IMG/VR virus record: IMGVR_UViG_3300008448_000001
Location: 124,001 to 188,000 of that record
Direction: 5' to 3' (one strand)
Length of the DNA: 64,000 bases
The notes beneath the pieces were generated by a model. That model searched no databases. It was not told where the DNA came from and saw only the letters and a list, made by a program, of their open reading frames with translations. Below are positions 10,740 to 21,143 of the stretch, in pieces. Each line of letters starts with the position of its first letter. The first letter of the stretch is position 1. The translations under genes and the position numbers were made by a program.

Positions 10740-11239
10740 CGCTAAAGGCTGCCATGCGTGGTGCGTTGGACTTTTCGCAGGCTAACGTAAAAGATCACGG
10801 GTGGTGGCTTAAATGGCGTTACGTCACACGGTCTCTTGCAGCTGAAGAGCACACAGAGCTGGTTGGTAACTTGTACAGTCTAAGCCTGGCACTGTTGTCC
10901 AACTCGAGAATAGACACGGCGGCACAGCACAAGAGTACGCTTGAGCGGTACAGCACGTTGCGGGAAAGCAAGCAACCTTGGGCGGCAGCTTTGGAGTCGC
11001 AATATTTACGCAGCGAAGCCGACGAGTATGCTGTACAATGGGAAAAACTCACCGGGTGGAAACCGAACGACGCGGAGGCCTTGGCAAAGTGGGAAGAGGA
11101 AATTCGAAACGCTACGAGCGGCAAACGCGAAGAAAGAGAGCGGCAGGCAAGACAAGAGCAGAATCGGCTTGACACCTTCCACGCAGCTGTCGAAGAGATA
11201 CGTAAAAAGCGCTTAAAGCAGCAAGGACGCCGCCGATGA
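10706..11239 (+). CDS. Tail assembly chaperone extension (GT-type), reached by -1 frameshift
   Basis: Open -1 frame overlapping end of previous gene at heptamer 10706-10712; ends with ATGA overlap on tape measure start. Confidence 0.65.
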   Translation, partial: KFLERDRDAALTLKAAMRGALDFSQANVKDHGWWLKWRYVTRSLAAEEHTELVGNLYSLSLALLSNSRIDTAAQHKSTLERYSTLRESKQPWAAALESQYLRSEADEYAVQWEKLTGWKPNDAEALAKWEEEIRNATSGKREERERQARQEQNRLDTFHAAVEEIRKKRLKQQGRRR

Positions 11240-14200
11240 ACTACATGAACGACCCGAACATCCAGCTGTATTTGATGCAGCAGACCGGGTACTCCGGTTT
11301 CCCGGGTTTGGGTATGCCCGGACCCGGTGGAAACAACTTAGCCGCTACTGCAAACATGCACGGTCCGGCAGTTTTCGGTGCCGGTAGTGTAGACACCTCG
11401 CCTTTAGCGCCTTTCGGTCTCCACAACTACGGTCTTCCGGGGCAGTTATTAGGCGCCGCAGGCAACATATACCTGTCTCAACGCCTGCAACAAGCCGGTT
11501 TAATTTCGACCGGAAACGCGGCGTCTATGCAGCAAGCAATCGACGCAAGACAGATGCAAGCCACACAGCTTCAGGTAATGAACGGGGTCGCAAGCCAGGA
11601 TGCGGCTAACATCTACCAGTTTTTCCGGGGAAGCGCGGCAATCGCCGGGGTTCCGATGACATCTAGTCAGCGGTTTGCGGCACAGCAGATGGCGGGAAAC
11701 ATTGCCCAGCAAAGCCCGATGATTTCGATGCTTGTGCCCGGCGGATCCGAATTTCTGGACATGATGTCGGGTCCGTCCGGCAGCGTGCAGGCTATGGCGT
11801 CGCAGATGATGGAAGCCAACAGGTACCGCATCGACCCGGTCACGGGAAAGTACGGCTTAGGTGCGGATGCTAACACCGGACTCATTAAAAACGTTTTTAG
11901 CAACATGTTTGCCGCCGACAACATTCCTAGGATGCAAGGTCTGCGGGCTGGCGACGTAGGGCAAATTTATCGCACGTTGTCCGCAGAGGGATTGGCCGGT
12001 CCGACAACAAGTCTTCGAAACCGCACGCTTGACGCTATCGAAGCTGCAAGGCAAACGGGCGTCAGCGCGGAGGACCTGGCCAACGGTACCGGTATAAGTG
12101 CGGAAGCCCTTTCCGGTAACTTGAACGGGCTAAGCAACGCACAACTTGGACAGTTGCGTAAAAACTCTTCCGTGCAGGAGCAACTCACGAAGGCTGACGC
12201 GCAGCAGATCTCCAGTCAGCTTCAGGAATACGTGGGTGCAATCTCGGCTATGCGGGAAGTGTTTGGTGAAGCCGGAAACCCCAATGCACCCGTGCCACAG
12301 CTTATAGGCGCATTGAAAGCGTTGACCGGTGGCCAGATGCAGAAGTTCGACCCCGCGTCGCTTGCGAATATGGTTCGAGACATGCAGGCCATGAGCCAAA
12401 TGTCGGGCAAGAGCGTGGATCAGCTTTTGGCAATGAGCCAAACCGCTAACTCAATGAACACGACGATGCTCGGATCGCACGCAGCTAATTTCAATCCTGC
12501 AACGATGGCCGCGGGCGTGGCAGGCGGTATGGCTTTCTCTCAGGCCGGAGGCGCTACGGGATTCGGTGCGCTTAATCGACAACAAGCAGAACAGGCCACG
12601 ATGAGTTTGTTCAGTCGCGGCCTAGGCTCTGAAACGGCGCAAGCCATGGGTGCCTTGTTGCGTGTACGGCAGGCTGGTGGCTTTTCAAACAACGCCGCCG
12701 GGCAACAGCTTCAGGCGATTATGAACGCGGCGGCTGCTGGCGAGGACACGTACACCTTCAACGGAACCACTCACAACATGCCGACTAAACTTACCGAGTT
12801 TAGGTCTTTGGCAGCCGCAGGTGGTCTGGCAGGAGGCGATGCAAACACCTTTAACATGATGCTCACCGACACCACTGCGAACATGCGAGCGCTGGCGGAA
12901 AACCCGGAAATGCAACAGGTGGCTTTTCAGCAACAACGCCGTGAAATCAACCAGAAACTTAATCAAGTCATGGGCTTCAGGCTCAGCGGCGAAACGATTT
13001 TAAGGACGGGCATTCCCGATAATGCACAAAGGGCAGATGCTTCTCGTGCAATAAGTGCCGCCGGGCTTGACGCGTTAAACACGCTTTCTCCGGCTGAAAT
13101 GCAGAACCCGGAATTGCGAATAGGTGCCATGGCAGAGGCTATTCGCGCGGAAGCTGCAACCTACAACGTTACGATGTCGGACGAGCAGGCTCGAGCCGTT
13201 GCTGCGGGGCAATTTGGGCAAGCGGAACAGACGGTAAAAGGCTACGGCTTTGAGTCTTTTACGGCTTACTCGCAAGTTCACGGAAGCCAGGTTTCACAGG
13301 CACGCAATGCGGCGCAGCAAGCTGCGGCTGTGCGAAGCTCGGTAAATGAATCCATGGCTAAGATGCAGGGTGTCGGCGGTGTGCAGGGTCGTATCGGCTC
13401 CGCCATCATGCGTCAAGCCGATCGAGCAGCGGGCGGTCAGCCCGTTAACATGGATACGTTGCTACAGGATGTATTCGGCGGTGCCTTTTTGCCGGAGCAG
13501 CAGCAAATAAGCGGACCGCTTGCGCGGGTGCAAGCTGCGTACGAGAAGGCGCGAGCGTTAGAGGCGCAATTCGCTGAGGCTTCAACGCCCGAGGAGCGAC
13601 AACGTTTGCAAGAAGAAGCGAAACAAATAAAGACCGAACTCGATACGGCGATCGAGGAAGCCGGAAGCGCTATCGAGGTCAGCGGGCTGGGTGCTGCACA
13701 AAACTTGGCCAAGTTGACACTTGGGAATTACGACGAAGACGCCAAGAAGCTTGGCATGACGCCTGAGCAATACCTGGAAGCCGTCAAGTCCGGGAAAATG
13801 CCTTCATCACTTTTGGCGATCTCGGACAAAGAAGTTCTAGCCAAAGCCAAAAACGCAGAATCGATTATTTCTTCAACGGATCGCGATATCTCGCGTTTCG
13901 ATGCTGACCTGCAATCGAAAGACCCGGAAGTCCGACGGCGAGCGTCAGCTTCGGTTGCTGCTATCAGGGCTAAACGTGAAGTTGCTTTACGCGACAGGAA
14001 TGCCGGTATGCTGGCCATGGGTTTGACTCCGGGCGATCCGAAAGACGAGGCCGAGTATAAGAAACAGCTGGCTAATCAAGGCTCGATCGGCTTACTCGAA
14101 AGGCGAGCTAAAGACTACGAGGCGGGTCGAGAAGCGTTGCGGTCTCAAGGCCTCAGCGAGAAAGAAATCGACAACAAGATAGAAGAGTCCGTGAAGCTGG

Positions 14201-14760
14201 AGCAGACGGCAAGGGACAACGAAGCCGAAGCGCAAGCCAGGGTTTTGCCTACCGAAGAGCTGAACACGCTGGCTGACGCCTTCGGATTAGAGGCAGCGGA
14301 CGATCGCAAAGGTTTTGCCGAAAAGCTGAAAACGGAAGAAGGCGACTCGTCTGCAAATCAAAAAATGCTGGCGACCGTGCTTAAAAGGCTGGACAAAAAC
14401 AAGAACGTAGACGGTGCTAACGCAATTGAAAAGCTGGATTCTTTAACGGACAAGTATGCGGAAGCGAAAGGTGATCCCGAGAAACTTAAGCAGTTGGCTA
14501 AGTCTTACAACATGTCGGTCGGAGATTTGAACAAAATGATGCAGCAGACGGAGTTCTTGGGTATGCGGGAGGAAACCGGGACTTACACACAGGAAAAGCT
14601 TGCAAAGGAAATGTCTGCGGTTGCGGGACGAGATATCGCAGCGGAGACGGCGAGTGAAAGTGCTTCCACTCAGCATATTTCCGGCGAAATTCGAGTTACG
14701 GGTGACGTAGTAAACGGTACCGGTACGCTGCAAGGTGTTACAACCTCTCTGGGGAGCTAA
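11236..14760 (+). CDS. Tape measure protein
   Basis: 1174 aa, A/G/Q/M-rich and helical, follows chaperone pair. Confidence 0.75.
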   Translation: MNYMNDPNIQLYLMQQTGYSGFPGLGMPGPGGNNLAATANMHGPAVFGAGSVDTSPLAPFGLHNYGLPGQLLGAAGNIYLSQRLQQAGLISTGNAASMQQAIDARQMQATQLQVMNGVASQDAANIYQFFRGSAAIAGVPMTSSQRFAAQQMAGNIAQQSPMISMLVPGGSEFLDMMSGPSGSVQAMASQMMEANRYRIDPVTGKYGLGADANTGLIKNVFSNMFAADNIPRMQGLRAGDVGQIYRTLSAEGLAGPTTSLRNRTLDAIEAARQTGVSAEDLANGTGISAEALSGNLNGLSNAQLGQLRKNSSVQEQLTKADAQQISSQLQEYVGAISAMREVFGEAGNPNAPVPQLIGALKALTGGQMQKFDPASLANMVRDMQAMSQMSGKSVDQLLAMSQTANSMNTTMLGSHAANFNPATMAAGVAGGMAFSQAGGATGFGALNRQQAEQATMSLFSRGLGSETAQAMGALLRVRQAGGFSNNAAGQQLQAIMNAAAAGEDTYTFNGTTHNMPTKLTEFRSLAAAGGLAGGDANTFNMMLTDTTANMRALAENPEMQQVAFQQQRREINQKLNQVMGFRLSGETILRTGIPDNAQRADASRAISAAGLDALNTLSPAEMQNPELRIGAMAEAIRAEAATYNVTMSDEQARAVAAGQFGQAEQTVKGYGFESFTAYSQVHGSQVSQARNAAQQAAAVRSSVNESMAKMQGVGGVQGRIGSAIMRQADRAAGGQPVNMDTLLQDVFGGAFLPEQQQISGPLARVQAAYEKARALEAQFAEASTPEERQRLQEEAKQIKTELDTAIEEAGSAIEVSGLGAAQNLAKLTLGNYDEDAKKLGMTPEQYLEAVKSGKMPSSLLAISDKEVLAKAKNAESIISSTDRDISRFDADLQSKDPEVRRRASASVAAIRAKREVALRDRNAGMLAMGLTPGDPKDEAEYKKQLANQGSIGLLERRAKDYEAGREALRSQGLSEKEIDNKIEESVKLEQTARDNEAEAQARVLPTEELNTLADAFGLEAADDRKGFAEKLKTEEGDSSANQKMLATVLKRLDKNKNVDGANAIEKLDSLTDKYAEAKGDPEKLKQLAKSYNMSVGDLNKMMQQTEFLGMREETGTYTQEKLAKEMSAVAGRDIAAETASESASTQHISGEIRVTGDVVNGTGTLQGVTTSLGS

Positions 14761-14764
14761 CCGT

Positions 14765-15280
14765 ATGCCGTTAATATTTGCACAAAACACAGGTCGAGTC
14801 GCGGCTATCAACGATGCAGTGGCGGCGGGATCCCTTTCGCTTGTTTCGCTGGTAGGAGACACTCGCGTAAACTACCAGGTACACAACAGCATCTTCACTA
14901 GAGTAGGCGTCTCTGCTGGCGGTAACTTTCAATTCTTGCACTCGATCGCTAACGACGTGTTCATGTACGTGTTTGGCGATCGCATGGGGCAAGTTGTGCT
15001 GGATGGCATAAGCTTTGCAAACAAATGCGAGGTGAACGGTGGTACTGTTGCGCAGTTTAATCCAGGGCAGCAAAGCTTCAAACACGGCATCGAGGAGATG
15101 CTGAACTGGTACGAGAAAAACAGACTATCGGCTAGAAAAGACCCGGTTTTTGTGACGGTTGGCAGAAGCAAGGCTTTCGCTGGGTTTATCACAGCCATAT
15201 CGAGCAACGTGCAGGACCCGGTACACAGAACAGTTAATTTCCAACTTACTGTATCCCTTTTACCCGATTCGGTTTTCTAA
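14765..15280 (+). CDS. Putative tube-initiator/baseplate protein
   Basis: Beta-rich gene directly after tape measure; synteny. Confidence 0.5.
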   Translation: MPLIFAQNTGRVAAINDAVAAGSLSLVSLVGDTRVNYQVHNSIFTRVGVSAGGNFQFLHSIANDVFMYVFGDRMGQVVLDGISFANKCEVNGGTVAQFNPGQQSFKHGIEEMLNWYEKNRLSARKDPVFVTVGRSKAFAGFITAISSNVQDPVHRTVNFQLTVSLLPDSVF

Positions 15281-16071
15281 TGTACAACCACGCAAGAACT
15301 TTGCTGTTGAACCAATCCGGAGAAGGCGGTTCACAGCTCATTTATCCGGGCGATGAACTTATTCCCGAGGATTTTAGACCTGTAAAGCTGCCGACTTATC
15401 TGCAAGTTGTGCGGTCTATATTGTTTGGCATCAGCCCGGACCGCGTCATGTTGAACTACCGAAGCTGTCAATTTTTACGATTGATCCAGTCAACGGAGCT
15501 GCAGTCGCACATCGCAGAATTAGACAAACGAATCACGTACAGCCCTTTCGATTCGCGGCTGTTGGCGACGGAACTGTTCCAGCCCTCAGCGGTTGCAAGC
15601 CAGCCTGTCGAAGATGCTGCTATCTATATTAACGGAAGCGATCTGTCTCCGGACGCCTCAGGTCGGTGCGAGTATTCTTATCTTGTCTCGGTCTTAAGTG
15701 GCGACCTCGTTGTACAGCGTACAGTTTCTCCGGAAGCGAACACTATTACGTCGTTGACATTTACAGCCGGTCTAAGTCAGGAGGTCGAGCTGCCGTACTC
15801 GGCTTATCGGGTTCGCGTAAACGAACTTTCTGAAGGTTGCACGTGGCGGGTTCAAGGGTACTACCGTCCGTCGCGATCTCTGTCGGAAATCGACGAAAGC
15901 CTGCGAAGTATAGGCCAAGAAAACGTTTTACAGTTGTTTGGAGAATCTCCGGCAGAGCCGTACATGACCTTTTACAACTGCTGGCAGAAGCATCCTGAAT
16001 TTGCCTACCGGCTGGGCGGTATTTTGTTGGCGCACATTTACCGAACAGAGGAAACGCGTAATGGTGGGTAA
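15280..16071 (+). CDS. Virion-associated hypothetical protein
   Basis: TAATG coupling; in tail cluster. Confidence 0.6.
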   Translation: MYNHARTLLLNQSGEGGSQLIYPGDELIPEDFRPVKLPTYLQVVRSILFGISPDRVMLNYRSCQFLRLIQSTELQSHIAELDKRITYSPFDSRLLATELFQPSAVASQPVEDAAIYINGSDLSPDASGRCEYSYLVSVLSGDLVVQRTVSPEANTITSLTFTAGLSQEVELPYSAYRVRVNELSEGCTWRVQGYYRPSRSLSEIDESLRSIGQENVLQLFGESPAEPYMTFYNCWQKHPEFAYRLGGILLAHIYRTEETRNGG

Positions 16072-17770
16072 ATCTAACACGTATGCAACTGTCGACTTGT
16101 CTGGCAAACAAGGCGGTGCGAAAATTGTAATAAAGGTTGCAGACACCGAGATACCTGCGTCTATGTTCTCGATGAACTATTCGCTTAACTCTATCCCAAC
16201 GGCCACCGCAGCGGTACCGCTTGGACGCGACGCAAGGACAGGTAAGCCGTCTGCCGTCTACTCGATCGCCAAAGACCTGAAGCAGATGGCACCGGTGGTT
16301 GTGACGCTTGTCGGAAGCCTTGGCGACTGGGCTCCCGCGGGTCTGAATGCGGCAAAGCAACAGTTTCCACGAGGTGAATTTGTGCTGTTCACGGGCTACA
16401 TAGCCGGCACTTCTTACCGCCGAAGTAACGGAAGCATTGCGCTTGTTCTTAGTTTAGTGAACACGCTCGTTGATTTGGCTTTGTCTTCCTGCGGTAGCCG
16501 CGACGCTGTGCCAGGTGCCCCGCACGATCTTATGCTCCCAATACTTCACCAAGACTCCGGTGCTAAGACTTACATGGACGCTGCAAGTCGTTTTATCAGT
16601 GAGCTACCTATCGCGATGAACCTTGACATCGCGGAAGGGTTGCTCACGGTGCTCACCAAGATAGCTAAAGACAACCTGATACAGGCGACTTCTGCTTGGT
16701 GTAACAGTGCGCCACCGTCCGCGTTAGTGGATAACTTGCTGTCAAACACGCGTGCGTTGCAGGCGATATCGGGCGTTCTCGAGTGGAAAGGGTTCATTAA
16801 TCTTCTCGACAACAATCAACCGACATACGTTAAGGACTACCCTTTCGAGGTTGATTTGAACGCTAAGCAAGCCCTTTCAAAGAGTATTGGGAATCGCTTA
16901 AACGCCTCATTTGCCGGGACAAGCATGTGGCACACGCTGATAGGCTCCCTGCTGCCAGACATCGGGCTTTCGGTCGTGCCGCTCGCAGACTCCGCCATCA
17001 TTGCACCCGCCTTCGAAATGGCTCGGGAAGCTGGCGCCGTAATCTGGACGTCCGACGTAGCCGACATGCACTTATCCGTGCGATCGCAGCGTCCGCTCTT
17101 CGGAGTAGGCGTGATGCACGAGCAGCACATGGGAAGCCTACCTGCACAATCTAAACAGTGCGTTGGCGGGTCCTACACCGCAAGCCTGGACGGCGTGGTG
17201 GACGGGATGTGGCTTTTCGTGCCCGCTCCGGACTGGCTTTCGGCCTGGGACAGCCTCGACGACAATGCGGTCAACGGCAACGGAAGCGTAAACAACTTGT
17301 TGACGCAAGTTGTGAACACTGCTGTGGGAAGCGACAACTCAGCGGTGCAAGAGCAAGCCGAGACAACGGTTGTCGACTGGAATGACGTGTCCAACAAGTA
17401 CGCTCAAATGATTTACGCTGCGAACGCTTTGCAAGGCCGCGAAGGAACGTTAACGGGAAAGTTGCGTTTCGACATAGCGCCCGGCAGCACAGTCGTAATC
17501 CGTGCGGACGCCGCAACCAAAAGTGCAGGTATTGACGACCTTGCGACAGATATTTACGGTTTCGTGAACCGTGTTACCGTTACTATCAACGCCCAGGATG
17601 CCAGTGCGACAACGTCTTTCAACCTAGCGAATTTGCGAACGGCGGAGGAGAATGACTTGTCGCGGTTCTCAATGGATTCGCACCCGTTTTACGGGGTAAA
17701 GTATTTCAACTACGCGCCATTGATCCCGGGCTTCGAAAAGCTGACGGAAGCCGAACGCAAAGCAATTTAG
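16061..17770 (+). CDS. Putative baseplate hub protein (gp27/gpD-like)
   Basis: C-terminal GTLTGKLRFDIAPGSTVVI...GFVNRVTVTI pattern typical of hub proteins; synteny. Confidence 0.55.
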   Translation: MVGKSNTYATVDLSGKQGGAKIVIKVADTEIPASMFSMNYSLNSIPTATAAVPLGRDARTGKPSAVYSIAKDLKQMAPVVVTLVGSLGDWAPAGLNAAKQQFPRGEFVLFTGYIAGTSYRRSNGSIALVLSLVNTLVDLALSSCGSRDAVPGAPHDLMLPILHQDSGAKTYMDAASRFISELPIAMNLDIAEGLLTVLTKIAKDNLIQATSAWCNSAPPSALVDNLLSNTRALQAISGVLEWKGFINLLDNNQPTYVKDYPFEVDLNAKQALSKSIGNRLNASFAGTSMWHTLIGSLLPDIGLSVVPLADSAIIAPAFEMAREAGAVIWTSDVADMHLSVRSQRPLFGVGVMHEQHMGSLPAQSKQCVGGSYTASLDGVVDGMWLFVPAPDWLSAWDSLDDNAVNGNGSVNNLLTQVVNTAVGSDNSAVQEQAETTVVDWNDVSNKYAQMIYAANALQGREGTLTGKLRFDIAPGSTVVIRADAATKSAGIDDLATDIYGFVNRVTVTINAQDASATTSFNLANLRTAEENDLSRFSMDSHPFYGVKYFNYAPLIPGFEKLTEAERKAI

Positions 17771-17786
17771 ACCGGAGACCTTTCGC

Positions 17787-18521
17787 ATGATGAACGATTA
17801 TTTAGAAGACGAATTTCGCCCGGCCTTTCAGACGTGGCAGGCCGATAAGACGCCAACCGGTAATGCCGCCTTTTTGAAAGCGATCGACCCTGTCATTAAC
17901 CAGGGCCTTCAAGCTTACGGTGACGACAGCCCTTTGCTGCGAAGCCGCGCAAGGTTATTGGCCTTAGACGCTGCGAACAAGTACGATCCTAAAAGGTCTA
18001 GGCTGCGGTCGCACATTGTTACAAATATGCAGGGACTCAGGCGGATATCTCGTCAACAAAACCAGATTGTCAACGCTCCCGAGCGTATTGTGCTTGAAAA
18101 CCACAAGCTTCGGTCGGCTACGCAAGAGCTTGCCGATGAGCTGGGGCGAGAACCAACGGATGCAGAGCTTTCCGATTTCATGCGGGTTTCGATTCCGCGT
18201 ATCGCCAAGATAAGGAAGTACCAGCCGGGATTCAGCACGGGTCAAGCCGAAAGTCCGGAATCAAATTTTGAAAGCATGGCCAGCAGGCTTCCTGGCGACA
18301 CCGGTGCCTCGGATCTCTGGTTACAGGTGGTGCATCAAGATTTAGATCCGATTGACCAGCAAATTTTAGAAATGACTCTCGGTATGAATAACAGGCGTAA
18401 GTTTTCCAACCTAGAGATCGCAAAAGCGCTGAACCGAACGCCAGCGGCTATTACGCAGCGGAAAGAAAAAATCCAACGTCTTTTAGACCAAGAACAAGCT
18501 CTTTCACCTTTTATCTCGTAA
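17787..18521 (+). CDS. Sigma-70 family RNA polymerase sigma factor
   Basis: Region 2 (AANKYDPKRSRLRSH), region 3 (ELGREPTDAELS), region 4 HTH (FSNLEIAKALNRTPAAITQRK). Confidence 0.85.
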   Translation: MMNDYLEDEFRPAFQTWQADKTPTGNAAFLKAIDPVINQGLQAYGDDSPLLRSRARLLALDAANKYDPKRSRLRSHIVTNMQGLRRISRQQNQIVNAPERIVLENHKLRSATQELADELGREPTDAELSDFMRVSIPRIAKIRKYQPGFSTGQAESPESNFESMASRLPGDTGASDLWLQVVHQDLDPIDQQILEMTLGMNNRRKFSNLEIAKALNRTPAAITQRKEKIQRLLDQEQALSPFIS

Positions 18522-18525
18522 CAGC

Positions 18526-18990
18526 ATGGCACAACAAAGTCTTATAGACCCGAATTTGAGCAAAGTCCTGGTTCAGCTTGCGAAGCTTAAAAAGAAAGCC
18601 GCGCAAGCTCGGCGACAAAACAAGCCCGTGGGTTGGTTACGCCCTGCTGTGGACATAGCGAACATTGACATCACTACGCTGAACGGCTTAAAAGGCCTTA
18701 GAGCCGTCTTCAACACGGACAAAGCGGAAGAAGCGTTGATAAAGGCTGCTACGCCCGGCAGTATTGGAAATTCATCGGACATGATCGTTTTACCTTCCCA
18801 AATAGACTACATGCAGCAGTTGGAACGAGCATACCGGGCCCGGTATCAGACCTTTCCTCGAGCGGTTGCGCACTTGGCGGGAAGAGAGCTCGGTCACGGT
18901 AGTGACAACGGGGTCATCGCCGGTTTACCTATCCGTTACTTCACTGATTTGATTTCCCAAGGTGCGACAGGCGACGGAGGTGCCGTATAA
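18526..18990 (+). CDS. Hypothetical protein
   Basis: Tightly packed ORF, TAATG coupling to next gene. Confidence 0.6.
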   Translation: MAQQSLIDPNLSKVLVQLAKLKKKAAQARRQNKPVGWLRPAVDIANIDITTLNGLKGLRAVFNTDKAEEALIKAATPGSIGNSSDMIVLPSQIDYMQQLERAYRARYQTFPRAVAHLAGRELGHGSDNGVIAGLPIRYFTDLISQGATGDGGAV

Positions 18991-19478
18991 TGTATTTTTC
19001 TGGAAGTGTTCAGCAATACAAAGGGAAAACAGTCGATTTTCTCATGTACGATGGGGCGAAACCCTCCGGTGACACGCAAGTCTTGCCTGCACTCGTACAG
19101 GAAGGTCAAAGCGGAGCGTTGATAACTGGCCCGGCTAAGCTGGCTCAACGATTTTTGCTCGAGCTGCTTACCGATAAGGGTTCGCTGCAGTACGACATTA
19201 ATCGCGGCACTTTTTTCATGACGCAGATCCGGAGCGGGTTAGCCCGGACGTCCGCCGACCTGTTTCAAATTTTCGCAGCTAGCGAACTGGACTTGCGAAA
19301 CAATTTACGCTTAGAAGATGACACCTCTTTTCCAGACGACGAGCGGTATGCTTCTTCGGAGCTTTTGGATGCCTCTTTCATAGGGGATGCGATTTACCTT
19401 AGAATACAGCTCAACAGCGTGGCTGGTGAGTCGCGAGAAGTTCTGTTTCCACTACGAATCCCGGCGGTTCAGCTATGA
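18990..19478 (+). CDS. gp25-like baseplate wedge / sheath initiator
   Basis: ITGPAKLAQRFLLELLTDKGS...RGT motif; precedes baseplate J. Confidence 0.7.
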   Translation: MYFSGSVQQYKGKTVDFLMYDGAKPSGDTQVLPALVQEGQSGALITGPAKLAQRFLLELLTDKGSLQYDINRGTFFMTQIRSGLARTSADLFQIFAASELDLRNNLRLEDDTSFPDDERYASSELLDASFIGDAIYLRIQLNSVAGESREVLFPLRIPAVQL

Positions 19479-21142
19479 CTCTAACCTATTCCGACTTTGA
19501 AATCTCCGATCTTTCGCAATTGGATGCAGCCGATGTGCAACAGACGCTGCTGCGGACTATTGCGCAGCTGCAAGCGTTGAATCCGACGTTGGATTTACGC
19601 CGAGGAGCTTTCCGCGACACCATTGCTTACTTGCAGTCAGTTTTGGGTACTGCCGCTCGCGTAAACTTGGAGCGGTACCAGTCTGCAAGAAGTCTACAAC
19701 GCATTCAAGAGGATCCGACGCTCGCTGACGAAACTGTGGTCAGCGAAGTGCTTTCCAACTGGGGTATTGTGCGAAAGACCGGCACCAAGGCAAGCGGGCC
19801 GGTCACGATCGAACTTTCAGCACTTCGACCGTTAACGATACCGCAAAACAGCGTGTTTGAAGCTAACGGCTTCCAATACTTGGCCACGGCGACTTTTATC
19901 GGAAGAATATCGGCTGCCCAAATACTGGGGAGCAACGACCGGCTGCTGGTTCCACTTAGCAACGGCAACTACGCTTTCACGATCGAGGTAGAAGCCGTGG
20001 ATATCGGTGCCGACAGGAAGCTGAATGCAGGCGACCTAATAGTCCCCAACCGCGCGGTCGTTAACTACGTCACAAGCTATGCCACGTCTTCTTTCGAGGA
20101 CGGAACCAACACCGAGACAAACGAAGAGCTTATTAACGAGTTGCAGCTGGGTGTCGCGGCAAAAACGCTCTCGAACCGCACGAACATGCGCGCCTACTTG
20201 CGAAGTCTGCCGCAGTTCGAGTCGGTCACAAATCAATCCATCGTCGGTTGTGGCGATCCCGAAATGCTGCGGGACAAACACACCATCTTCCCGACGCTTA
20301 CCGGCGGTAGGGTAGACTGGTACATACGCGGGCAATCTGCGTTGCAACGAAAAACGGTTGCAGTCGTGGCCACCTGCATGTCGGTATCAACGCTTACAGG
20401 AACAAGTGAGTGGCAGTTTGCTGTTCCGGCGACAACTCTTCCCGGGTTTTACGAGGTGGACAAGATACGCAAGGCAACCGACTCTGCTGTCGTGTCAGGC
20501 TTCGGTATCGTATCGGACACGCGTTACACCGCGTTACCTGCAAGCGGTTTCTCCCCGGACATTGCAACAGCAGAGGAGAGCGCATATTCCGCTTTCCAGT
20601 CCGCAATTATCCTTTTCACAGATACGGTCACATCGGTTGCAGATTTAGCCGTCGGTCAGACCGCAGAGTATGTTTACGAGATAACGGGCACGCCACATGT
20701 CCGTGAACTGCAGGATCTTGTTTCCAGCCGAGATATCCGGCACTACGGCGCCGATGCCTTGATCAAAGCCCCTGTCCCGTGCTTTGTCAGCGTGACTCTT
20801 ACGATAAACAAGGCTGCTGACGATGTTTCTCCGTCGCTAGAGCCTATTCGGTCCGCCATTGTGACGGCGATTAACTCCGTCGACTTCCAAGGCGTGTTAC
20901 CTGGTTCTTTGATCGTGGATACCGTGCACAACTACCTGCAAGGTCGATTGAACGTCACGGAACTGGATCTTTTGGGTCGGATTCGCATGCCGGACGGCAC
21001 CATCAAGTATTTACGCAGCGATGACGCCTTGATAATACCAGAACTTCCTGGAAAAATGGTAACCTCCAAGACAGTTCAGTTTTTTGCCGAAGCGATAGAC
21101 GTAAACTTGAACGTAATCTCCTCAATACCGGTTGCAACCTAA
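19475..21142 (+). CDS. Baseplate J-like protein
   Basis: WGIVRKTGTKASGPVTI, IEVEAVDIG, GTNTETNEEL motifs. Confidence 0.85.
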   Translation: MTLTYSDFEISDLSQLDAADVQQTLLRTIAQLQALNPTLDLRRGAFRDTIAYLQSVLGTAARVNLERYQSARSLQRIQEDPTLADETVVSEVLSNWGIVRKTGTKASGPVTIELSALRPLTIPQNSVFEANGFQYLATATFIGRISAAQILGSNDRLLVPLSNGNYAFTIEVEAVDIGADRKLNAGDLIVPNRAVVNYVTSYATSSFEDGTNTETNEELINELQLGVAAKTLSNRTNMRAYLRSLPQFESVTNQSIVGCGDPEMLRDKHTIFPTLTGGRVDWYIRGQSALQRKTVAVVATCMSVSTLTGTSEWQFAVPATTLPGFYEVDKIRKATDSAVVSGFGIVSDTRYTALPASGFSPDIATAEESAYSAFQSAIILFTDTVTSVADLAVGQTAEYVYEITGTPHVRELQDLVSSRDIRHYGADALIKAPVPCFVSVTLTINKAADDVSPSLEPIRSAIVTAINSVDFQGVLPGSLIVDTVHNYLQGRLNVTELDLLGRIRMPDGTIKYLRSDDALIIPELPGKMVTSKTVQFFAEAIDVNLNVISSIPVAT

Positions 21143-21143
21143 A

